A stretch of 64,000 nt of DNA from Lama guanicoe (Eukaryota). Where the stretch lies: the NCBI GenBank assembly GCA_013239625.1, contig MU053933.1, positions 3,588,470-3,652,469 on the forward strand, written 5' to 3'. This document shows, one piece after another, positions 24,501 to 36,500 of this stretch (position 1 is the first letter of the stretch; every line of letters begins with the position of its first letter). The translations under genes and the position numbers were made by a program. The notes below the pieces were generated by a model, which made no database searches, was not told the origin of the DNA, and was given only the letters and a program-made list of their open reading frames with translations.

Positions 24501-27500
24501 TTTACATGTTTTGCTCCATGGGAGTACCTCCCGTGCGAGCTCTGGCTCAGTGTCTGCTTCCAGAAGAAGCCAGCCTGTGACACCTTCTCTCCTTGTCTTT
24601 CATTTTAAGTCTGTGTCTGCTACACCTGCAAGATACCACTGCTCTGCCTTTAAGTCAGGAGTCACACTGTTCCCCCTTCCCTTCGCTGGACCATCCTTCC
24701 CACTAGCCCTCATTTGCCATGGTCACCTCTCCCTCTGGCCTGCGGGCCCCCCATGTCTTCCTTCTTGAAGGTGCTCAGGCATCCTTGGTGCTCTAAGTCA
24801 GTGCTGTCTTCTGGAAGGCGAGGTGCCAGGCTGTTGCTGTCTGGATGATAATGTCTTTTTTCCTCTGCTTTTTAAAAATTCCTCTTCATTTGGCTCTGGC
24901 TTACATCTGTCTTACTGATGTATTTAGGCGTGATGTTCTTTGAAATTTTCCTGCTTGGGGTCCAGAGGACTTCTTAAATCTATGGGATGGTATTTTTCAT
25001 CAGTTTTAGAAAATTTCAGCCATAACTTCTTTTTTTTAAGTAATTATTTTTGGACATTGTTTTGTTTTGGGGGGAGGTAATTAGGTTTAATTAATTAATT
25101 AATTAATTTTTATTTACTTACTTTTATTGGAGGTACTGGGGATTGTACCCAGGACCTTGTGCATGCTAAGCATACACTCTACCACTAAGCTCTACTCTTA
25201 CCCCCACCCCCATAATTTCTTGGTATATTGTTTCTTCCCCATTTCTCTCTCCTGTTTTTCTGGGACTCTTGATTACGTTTATATTAATACCTTTTCTGAG
25301 TTCCACGTGCCTTTAATGTTCTTTTTTATATTTTGCATCCTTTTATATATTTACTTCAGTTTGGAGATTTTTTTGTTTTCCTTTATTCAGACTCCCTAAA
25401 ACTGGTGTATTCTGTGTGACCCCTTCATCTGGGGTCCCCCAGTGTGGATTTTGTCTTATGTGGTGACTTCAGGGCTCTGTCTGGCTTTTCAGAGGTCTCA
25501 GGATCCGGCAGATTGCTCCGAGGCCCCGTCTCCACGCCCAGCAGCAGCACTTGGTGGGTGCGAGGCCCTTAGCTGCCGCTCTCCTGGGGACTGGATCCCT
25601 GCACCCGCAGCTTTTATAAGAGCAGCTGTAGGAGGGCAGCTCACCTCCCAGGGGCTTCCGCTAGAGTCGTACCCTGTTTTGCTGGCTGTCTTTGCTGCCT
25701 CCAGCAGGTGGTTCTGCATTTTACCCAATTTTGCAGTCATCTTAGAGGGGGGAGCTGGTCTGTCACCACTGCCTTCTGCTCGGAAGCAGCGCCGTCTTAC
25801 CGTCACACTTTTAAGACTCATCCATGTTACAGAGTGTACTTGTGACTCATTCACTTCTGATGTGGAATGAATATTGGACATTTCAGGACTTGTGTATCCA
25901 TTATACAGCCGACAGACATTTGGGTCATTTCCAGTGTGGACTGTTACGCACTGTTGCTGGGAACATCCCGCTGTGTGCATCTCTGTAGGGTGTAGACTTA
26001 GGAGAGGAGATGCTAGCTGGATCTGGGGTTATGAGATCTTTACATGTATCAGATAATTCCAGACTCCTCCAGTTTCACTGCCCTGATCAGCGTGAGCCCC
26101 CTGCTCCCTGTCACCAACGGCTTATTTAGGTGCTATTCATTGTGGTGCTGATTTGCATTTTCCTGATGATTAAGTAGGTTGAGATCTTTTCCTGTTTTCA
26201 GTCATTGGGTTTTCTCTTTGCTAAGAGCTGTTGAATCTTCTGCACATTTTTATACAGGATTATTTGTGGGCATTTCATGTGTCCTGGATACCAGTCCTGT
26301 TGGTGGCCTGTGGTGCATGGGTCACCTGCTTTGAGCCCCAGCCGCTCACCCCCACATGGCAAGCGTCCCTTCTGCCCTCTGTGAGGATCCTCCCCACCGA
26401 GCCGAGGCTGCTCTGGTGTCCAGGGAGGGTGCTGCTGTTTTCCCACCCACATTTAGAGCTGCCGTCCCCACCAGAGTGAGTTTTTGTGTGTGGTATAGGC
26501 CTGGGCTCCAGGCCAGCCTTTCAGGAAAGGTCACGGTGCCACCTGTCGTCCACACCTGGGTAGATCTGTCTTTACCCCACTGATTCAGTCTGCCCTGTGC
26601 TGACACCACGCCCTCTCCACTGCTATCGCGTGTAACCAGCCTCGATGTCCCTAGGGGAAGCCTACCTGTCCAGCTCCTTCCTCAAGGCTGTATTGGCTGT
26701 CCTCGCCCTTTTATGTCAGTGTCCATTTTAAAACCAGCTTGTGTCACAGACGGACCTGCCAAGGGTGGGTGGTTGTTTTGAGCAACTCGAGGAGAACTAG
26801 CACATTTGCACTGCGGCGTCTTCCCGCAAGTGGACGCAACAGGTCCCTCCCTTCCTTCCGATCTTTCTCAGCCTCAGTAGTGTTTTGTGATTTTCTTGGG
26901 GGAGGCGCTGTGTATTTTTTATAACACTTACTCTTAGGTATTTGACATGTTTATTTAAATCTTATTGTAAATAGTATCATTAAAATTTGTATTTAGTGTG
27001 GAGCTGGTACTTAGATCTCAGCGTTTGTATATTGCTGTTGTATGTGACAGCCTTGCTAATTTCAGTTACAGGGTTCATAACACACACCGTCACATCATCT
27101 GTGAATAATGACAGTTTTGTTTCCAGTTGTTTTACCTCCCCTGCCGCCTCCCCCAGTCACACTGGCTGAGACTTCGAGTAAAACGGCAAATGTTCTTGAC
27201 CAACTCTTGGTATCTCAGTTAATGGTATCTGACCATTAATTGTGGTGTCTCTGATAGGATTTTTACGGATGACTTTTAACAATCACATTAAAGGAGTTTC
27301 CTTTCATCCCGGATTTAAGAAGGAATTTGAAAATCCTGAATGATAAATTGTTTTACCTTTTTTCACCTTTATTCTGTTATTGTGGCAAATTATGTTGATT
27401 TTCTGTTAAACCTCTGCCTTGTTGAGATAAAACTAACTTGATCACAATGCATTATTGTTTTATATGTAGCTGAACTCAGTTTGGAAATCTTTAAACTGTG

Positions 27501-30500
27501 TTAACAGTTATTAACATCTTGAATTGACCTTTTTATGTAGGCAAAGGCAATAATGTTTTGAGTTGAGGATATTTTTTCTCATTTATTTCTCAGGCTCCAT
27601 AATTCACTAATCTTACCATGTTGTGCCTGAATGTGGATTACAGTGAAGTGGGGTTCGTTTGGAAGGTGTGCAGTTGCCAGAGGTGGGGAGGGTGAAGCCG
27701 TGGCTCTGTCTTCCCCCTTGGTGCATCTCGCAGGGTGAGGAGAGGGTGCTTCAGTGTCGGGCGGACGCCGGCTTTGTGTCCTCTCGCCCTCTCTTCACCC
27801 TCTGCCTCTGCCTCCCAGACGCTCCCTTGCTGGTCACTTGTCCTGTGTCTCTGTCGCACCTTCCTTAGTGAAGCATCCCGCAGGATGGGGTGTGGTGGGC
27901 AGGACTCGCAGGGCTGGGGCCGCCCGGGGGTCCAGGTACTTGGCTGCAGCAGCCCTGGGCTCTGGCTGGCTTAGCATCTCCGTGACTGTCTTCTCTTGAG
28001 TGCAAGGTGGAGATGAAGACGTGACCCACTGAGGGAATTGTGGTTGAATGAACCCTGCCAATCTCATAAGGGACGCAGTTGAGACCTGTTCAATGACATG
28101 AAAATGCATTCGCAATGCAATGTTGATTGGAAAAAGCAGCGTGAAGTGTGATCCCATTTCCCGAAAATTGCATGTGTGTATGTGTGTGTGTGTGTACATA
28201 CATAACAGAAAGAATGCTTTATTCAGCTGGCATTTCTATATTCTAAATTATCTATAATAAAGTACTGTTTTATTTTTCTGTTAAGAAAAGTAAATTTAAG
28301 TTGTTTTTAAGATAAAGTTATTATGTTCTTTTCAGCATTGTACAAAATAATTATCACCTGAAAACTACCTGCATTATCAGTAGTAGAGTAATAATGGTAT
28401 GTTATGGGGTGTTATGATTGCTACATTAAAATGTTAATTAATAGTTTCTTAAATTTTACCTTGCTTAGTATTTTTATTTTATTTTAGGCAAACTTTGGAG
28501 TCGGAGTTTAAAACTAGCTTATACTCTACTTAATAAACTGACTAGTAAGAATGAACCACTGCTTAAACCTGGAGACAGAGTAAGTAACTAGAATGTAACT
28601 TTTTTGGACTGAGTGAGAACAGAGACTGAAATCTGTTTCATTGACATGGGTTGTTTAGACTTAACAGCATTAACACAAGGAGTATAAAGTCAGCAATGAG
28701 GAAGTATTAAGTATGGAAAACATTGGTGTTGATGTAGATAAAGTGACGGTTCTTTTTCCTCCCTCATTTTGCCCATTTACCAGTTCTTCAACTTCTCTCT
28801 TTGACTTTATGGATGTTGATTTTAATGAAAGTATTAGTATCAAATATTAATAAATGTTATATTTCCAAAGTTCAGGTTTCTTGGGGAAACATTGACCTCG
28901 CTTTGAAATTCTGTGTTTTGTATTCACCTCCTTCCCTGTCCACGTGGCCGGGCACCCCTTACCCCCAGCCAGGTGGAATGCAGGGGAGGCTGCAGCTGAG
29001 TTCCACATCCTGCACTGTCCACGCGGGGCTGTTTAAATTAACCCAAGTAAAATGAAATTAAACTTTTAGTTCCTTGGTTGCAGGAAGCACATTTCCAGGC
29101 TTCAGTCACTGTATGTGGCTGAAGCTACCTTATTTGACAGCTCAGAGTAGAGCCCTTCCACTACCGTGGAAAGTTCTGCAGGACAGTGCTGCTCTTGGCA
29201 AGCTGAGCCAGACTTGGGAACCCAGGGTGGAACAGGTGCAGAGCGGGAAACGGGAGAGTAGGTGAAAATCAGCACACTTAGTGGTGAAATCCCCAGGGAG
29301 GGAGTTGCCTGAGGTCAGATCATCCAGCAGTGAAGCTGTGAGGTGACGGGATGATGCAGTTTCAGGCGACTCTCCGGGTGCCTCAGTCGTCAGTGTGACC
29401 TGAAAGGAAAAAAAAAGCAAAGGGGAAGGAGTTAGGGGAGAGGGAGGGAGGAAGAGAAAACAAACAAACTCGGAGGGAATGCCAGACACAGGAAAAAAAC
29501 TTTTTAAAAAATTGGCATTACTATCCCTGGAGGTGTGAGGTGAAGATGGTGCTCTGTTGACCAGGAAAAGATGCTAGTCGGGAAGACCAGGGCGGAGAGG
29601 AGGAGTTAGACCTGATCAGGGAGGCCCAGTATCTGACTGAAGGACTTCCAGGAAGAGAAAGGAGAACAGAGTGGAAATGTTAAATGACAATAATGATGCA
29701 AGGCCGTCCCCCGGAGCTGAGGTGCGGGGCCCCCAGTGAGTGCAAGGGACCCACTGAAGCACTAGCCCCCCAGGCTGGGTCAGCCGCGGCGCAGGAAGGG
29801 CCTCGCAGCCTTCAGGGGAAGGTAGGCTCAGCAACCTATGGCTTTGGGACCTCTCGGTGTAATACCGGAGAAGAGCAGAGTTCAGAAGCTCGGAGGGAGT
29901 ATGATTTTAGCCTGAAGTTCTATTCCTGGAGAGTTAACTGCTGTGAGGACGGGGTCACCGTTTTCAGACATGCAAGACTCAAAACCTTGGACTCATAAGC
30001 AGTTACTTGGGAAGTTCTTAGAGGATGTGCTTCAGCCAAATGAGTGAGTGGTCCAAACAGGAGAGCCACAGGGGCACCCCACAGGAGCAGCCCAGGCAGC
30101 ACTGGGAGGATGGGTGCTGTGGGTGGGGTGGGCTGGTCGGCAGCTGGTGAGACCCATGAGCTCACCTGCCTGGCTGGCTATTTGGAAATACCGTTGACAG
30201 GGCTTACACACCAGTGGAGCAGCCCAGGCCTAAGTGGCTGGCGTGCACACAGGAAGCACGCTGGTGAGAGAGGTGGCGCCTGCTGCCGCCAGAAGGAATG
30301 TAGCCACACAAACAGCGCGAGAACGATGCCTCATGACACCTCGTGCTTTAGAACAAGCCTGCGAGACCCCAACTCATGCTGTGCTTTAAAATGAGTCTGA
30401 GAATCTCTAATTTTTTTTCTCTTGAAATAAGTTCTTGCAAGGACAAAGACTTCCAAATAATTTGTTGACTTGCAGGTGAATCCAGGGAGTCAGGTTAATT

Positions 30501-33500
30501 ATAAACAGACTGACAAGGCCCCAGTTAGTGAGTGATGGGAGATGAGTGGCGAATCCATCCTCCTGCGGTGATGTGCTTTATAAAAGTGAACAAACACAGC
30601 TCTTTATAACAGATGCTCTGAAAATGCATGTCCTGTACCAAACAACAAGGCACAGTTCTTAAAAGGTAACAACCACTGTTAGCATCAACTTTTAAAGGAG
30701 ATCTCTGCCGTTTTCAACATATAGACTTTTTGGAAGCTTGATTTCCAGACCTCCAGTACAGAATGAACATAGCTATAGCTTAAATTTTGTCTTTTGAAGT
30801 CGTGGGTTATCAGTTGCTCTTCATTTTTGTGTCCTCAAAGGCCTCGTGTTAACAGTAGACTCAGATATTGTTCTGAACCATCACTGATGGTTTCAGGCAT
30901 ACTTACTGCAATATTTGGGGCTTACAACAATGTCATTCCATAAATAACTTGTAATTCAACTAGATATTATAAGAAGTGGAAATTGGACGATGGGAGAAGA
31001 GGAAGGGGAGAACTCAAAATTGTCAGTAGTCACCTGCAGTAAGAGGAAGTAAAATGCGTATCTGAATACTTTCAAAAATTAGTTACAGCCATATAAGCAC
31101 AGTGTCTAGAAAGGTGAGAGCAGTTAGCAGAAGGAAGATGTGAATGTTAAAAGCAGCTGCCTTGCTGGGTGGGGAGGGGTGGCCTCACAGTGACCAGCCA
31201 GCGGCGGAGAGTGGCCGCCAGGAGGGTCTCCACTGAGGGGCTCTGTGCCTACCTCACATCCCTGTTGGTGTTTCAGTCTTGCGTGAAGTTCTGTCCAAGC
31301 AAAACTCTGATGTCAGAATTTTTTCTTTTGGGAGATAACTGGGAGGCACTTTGGCTCCTGGTTCCCTTTTCATGTCCAGGTGTTTTTCACCTGCGCTGGT
31401 CGATGGCAGGTAACGGCCCGCCATTTCCTCCCTGAGTTGCTGCTGCCTGGATGGTCAGAGGGGATGGAGCCAGATCTAGACCCCACAGGCAGACCCCCTG
31501 GACTTGCCTTTTAAAACCAGGAATTTAACGCTATGTGGTTGCACGTGGGGTAAAGACCTCAATCTAAAAACTACATATTAGAAGTTACATGGTTGAAGAA
31601 ACTTAAGGACCAAGCATTAAGCCCCAAAGTATACTTTCTGAACAAAATTCCATCTCAGCAGCAGATATTCAGACGACAGAGTTATTCTAGAGGGGATTTC
31701 ATGGGTTTTCTTTGTACCCTTGTAGGTGGCATTGGTGTTTCCGAACAGCGACCCGGTGGCGTTCATGGTGGCGTTCTACGGGTGCCTCCTGGCAGGGCTG
31801 GTTCCTGTGCCCATAGAAGTGCCGCTGACGAGAAAGGTAGTTCAGGGGTGCAGCCGGCTCTCAAGTCCGGGGCCTCTGTCTCCTCACTCCAGGCACTGTC
31901 TGGGGAGGGCAGGCGTGCCAGCCTCAGGGGCGCTCGGGCAGCCCCGTCTCCAGACCCTTGTTTACTGTCTTGCTGGTGAGAGGGGGTACTTAGAGCAGCC
32001 GTTGTGGGGCTAGTGACCACCTCTGTGGATTCCCCGACAGAAACAAACGTTTTTCCTCTAGTGAATCGAATTTGGGATTTGATGAGGTTTTGTTAAACTT
32101 TTTTTCTCAAAACAGTATGTTTATTGATAACAGCTTTCATTTCTTGGGGATAAGTAAATCATTACACCAATGTGTCAGCTCATTTCCTGGTGATAGCTTT
32201 CAACATGCAAGACTGAAATTCTCTTGCATTTCTGTTTGTTGTTTAACAGCAAGCAACTTTCATTGCTGACAGACGATCGCGGTGGGTGCTGATGCTCTGG
32301 GTGGCTGCCACATTTTTAGCTATAAATATCAGTAATCTGATTATTGAAAAATGTATTAGACTTGGCATGTATTTTAGAAAACCAGAGTTTCCTATTATAA
32401 CCCAGTGTTCAGGCGATTGTTAACATGCGTGTTATCAGCAAGAGTCCGCAAGAATCCCAGAAGTAAAGTTTGTGAGTAAAAGCAGTGTACCCCAAGGATA
32501 ATAATACACGATGAATGGGTGTTTGAGCAGAGATTCTTAGGGAAAAATAGACTGTTAAACTTGTTAGAAGAAAATGATAAAATGTTACAGAGGGACATGT
32601 GTGAAAGAAGACATGACTAAAATGAAATGAGCATTTCTGTGTGGAAGTAAGTCAGTGCTAAAGGTCAGGTAATGAAGTGCAAATGTCAGTGCTATTTTTA
32701 ATTATTTGGGGGGTTTGTTAAAATGCTGCTAAATGTCATTTGCAAGAAAAAAACTTTTGAGAAATTAGCCCATTACCCAGAACTTAATATGTCACAGCAA
32801 AAACGATACCTTTTTATTAAAAAAATCTTTTTATTAATAAAATTACATTTCATTTTGAAAAAAATATAGTGTATTCTGATACAGGGCTAAGTTGCTGTAG
32901 AAGCTTTGTGAAGGGTGAAAACAGCTCTGCTCTGTGGCTGAGCCTCCTGCCGCCTCTGTCTCCCGTAGGATGCCAGCAGCCAGCAGGTCGGGTTTCTGCT
33001 GGGCAGCTGTGGCATCACCCTGGCCCTGACCACGGACGCTTGTCAGAAGGGCCTGCCCAAGGCCCAGACCGGAGAGGTGGCGACCTTCAAAGGTGGGCCC
33101 CACGGGCAGGGTGGCGTGTGGCTGAGCCCTCTGTAAACGGGCGCTCTGACCCCCTTTCCAGCTGGTCTCTGGGCAGCGCGGAAGGGCCTCCAGCAGAAGC
33201 GAGGCCCTGTCTCGGGCCTTGGTGAACCTTGTGCCTCACGGCTCAGGGTCTAGACCTGTGCTGTTCTGTGTGGTAGCCACTGGCCGGCAGGCAGAAATTA
33301 GTACAGGTTAAGGGGCGGAGGCGCGTCCTCGTGTCGGCAGCTCGAGCCGCGTGGAGGACGGCGGGGCCCTCTGACCGCACGTGCGCCATGTCCCCTGCTT
33401 CCTTGCAGGCTGGCCCCCCCTCACCTGGCTGCTGGTGGATGGGAAGCACTTGACCAAGCCCCCCAGGGACTGGCTCCCACCGGCCCGGGACTCAGGGACT

Positions 33501-36500
33501 GGGCCCGCCTACATCGAGGTAGGACCTTTGCTGGCCGGGACTTGTTCTGCGGGTGTCACTGCTGCCATGACGGGCCACTGGCCACAGTTTCTACCGGCTT
33601 GTCCTCACCCCAGAGACGTGAAGGTTCCTATGGAGACTCACTCAGGTCCTTCCGCTTTCACGCCTGCCAGTTCTCTCGCTGCCCCTGGGATGTGGCCTGG
33701 TGGGGGGCTTGGTGCACTGTCACCCTCAGCACCTGCCCAGGTTGGGCCCGACCACAGCCAAGGTTGTCACCTTGGGGGCCCCAGTATGAAGTGCACTCAG
33801 CCGAACAGGTGGTTAGTGAGGGAGGTGCCACCTTGACCTCCAGAAATGTCACCTCATGAGCTTGTTTCTGAAATTTTTCAGTATAAAACCAGCAAGGAAG
33901 GCAGCACAGTGGGGGTCGCAGTGCCCCACGCATCCCTGCTGGCACAGTGCCGGGCCCTGACCCAAGCTTGCGGCTTCTCGGAAGGTAAGGGCACGTGGGT
34001 GGCTCTGCAGCCGTGCACAGGGCACCTGGACACTGACTGTGTGGGAGCCAGCCCTACGTGGCATCTGCTGTTCAGTCCAGGTCGTGCAGCAGCCTGGGTA
34101 CTTGGGGCCCCTGCTCCCCTGGACAGGCGGGGTTAGGGTGATCTGTTGACCTAACAGGGTGAAACCCGCTTCCCTCCCGCTGCCTGGGGCCCAGTGGGCT
34201 GCTCCCAGCACATTGCGTTTTCCCGTCAAGACACACTTACTCTTACGGTTCACCGTGACTGGCGTTGGCTTAAGCTGTCGCGCACTTGGGTGTGCCAGCA
34301 GAACCTTCTTGGAAGGAGCCTGTCTCTTAGTAATGCACAGTAGCTCCCTGTTTACTGTGGAGTACCAGGTGCGCAGCGTGGGGAACTTCTTCCCGTTGAA
34401 ATACTGGAATTGGACAAAACAAGAAAGTGAATTAAATGGTATGTTTAAGATGTAAAATACCAGTGTATAAAAGCAAGGGGTAGCTGAAGGCGCAGCTGAA
34501 GACTTCAGTGGACGTTTGGAAAACGATTGTAGGTGCACTGAAGGGCCTACAGAATGTTTCAACAGTTCTGTCAACTAAGAGTCCCGGCCTTACGTCCATC
34601 ACCTACAATTGGGGCTCTTTAGCCAACAAGGGGGCACATGTACAGTACTCCTGTTCACAGTGCAGCAGCATTCCTGGCACACGATCACGCTACCTCCTTC
34701 ACCTCTGGTGTTTCTCCCATGGGTGCACCTAGCAGCCCTAGGCTCTGTCCTCGGCCCCAAGTGGGGCCTGGAGCCGGGTCCCACCGAGAACACAGCTGGG
34801 GCACTAAGCTCAGGGCGCACTGAGGGGCAGCCCTGGGACTGCCATCCACTCCTGCTCCCTGAAAGGCGTCCGTCACAGGCTTCGGGAGAGGGAAGGGGCA
34901 AGAGGGAAGCAGCAGCTCTGAAGGGAAGCGACACAGGAGCATGTGACGTGTCCTGGGAGTGCTGGATGATGGCCTCGGTGCTGCAGGAAGTGAGGGGTGT
35001 GGGCGTCGGGCTGAGCAGGGCAACCCACAGCCGCCCCGAGCCTCACATCACACGGGCTCTGAGGCTTGTCTGGGTTTTCAGATCAGTGGTCGGCATGCTG
35101 CTCTGCTTTCATCCACACATGACCTTCTACTTTTATGTCTTTCCAGTAATTTGAGTAGATAACCAGGATTACTGACACCTGTTGCATGGTGTTCGGAAAT
35201 GCTGTTTGTGTTTCCTAAGTCTTGGTTGATGATATAATCACCTCAGAGCTTCTCTGAAAATGCACGTGACTAGTGAAGACGGTCCCTCAGCGGTTTATCC
35301 ATCTCTGTCCACTTTCAGCTGAAACATTAACAAATGTGCTGGATTTCAAAAGGGACGCTGGCCTGTGGCATGGAGTGTTAACAGTGAGTGTCGCTCGCTT
35401 CGTGGTCTGGTTGTTGGGACATTTCATGATGAGGGCACCAAACCCCATGTTTAGGTGATGTGACTAAACCTTGAAGTGTCTCTGACTGCACTGTCCCTGT
35501 GGGCAGAACACTGGGGCTCCATCCTCCCTTCCTGGTGGGGCTGGTGCCCCGCCCCTGACAGCCTCTCTTTGCAGAGCGTCCTGAACAGGATGCACGTGGT
35601 CAGCATCCCGTACGCGCTGATGAAGGCAAACCCGCTCTCCTGGATTCAGAAAGTGTGTGCATATAAAGGTAACAGGATGTCGTACCATCACTTGGTTCCC
35701 CCCGCATTAGAGAAGCCTCTCTGAATTGACCTTCAGTGATGGAGAAAAGATAAAGCAGGCGTGAGCGGTGGAGCCCCATCCACCAGCCTGTCGTGGCTCG
35801 GGTCTCCCATCCACGCTGGTCCTGACTCCCAGCGCCAGCTGCAGGCTGTCCTGCAAGCAAGGCTGGAGGGGCCTTGGGGAGAACAGCTCTTTTCTACAGG
35901 GGCCACGGATTTCTTCCTAATTGTGTTTTCTGACACAAATGCTCCTATTTCTTCGTACTTCAGATGGTTCTAATTTTAAGTTAGGGCTTTGCAAGACACC
36001 AGTAGCAAAGCTGTTTGTTCAGGTGAAGTTTATGACATAGAGCGATGGGTCTGCCCCTAGGGCCTCACCCTGCCGTGCTGTCCAGCTTTGGTCAGTCACG
36101 GTGCTTCCTGAGCACAGCCACACCCGCGGAGCACGGAGGCCGGGCCTCTTCCGTCTTCTCACTGGCTTGTCCTGGGTGCCCGTGTGGGCTTTCGACCTAC
36201 GTTCTTTCTGAGTGTGGGTGCTCTGCAGTGTGTTTGGAATCGTCCCCAGTGGGACAGTCTCTGCTTATCCTGTTTAACAGAGGAAGACTGAAGCCTGCTG
36301 GGGACATTTGGTGGGTGCTGCCCACTTGTGAGAGGCCCAGTCTGCCCATTTGCACCCTGGGTCCTCCCTGCCCACCCCACATGCCCCCAGGGCTCTGGTA
36401 GCTGACGGGCCGACCCTACAGCTGTGAGCGGCTGTGAGAGTCGGGAACTCCGGGAGGGGCCGCACAAGACAGAAGAGAGTCTGGGAGTCAGAGTTGAAAG

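Noticed and set aside
25125..25200. tRNA gene on the minus strand
   Set aside because: It has a degenerate B box and stems, a SINE body and tail, and TSDs.
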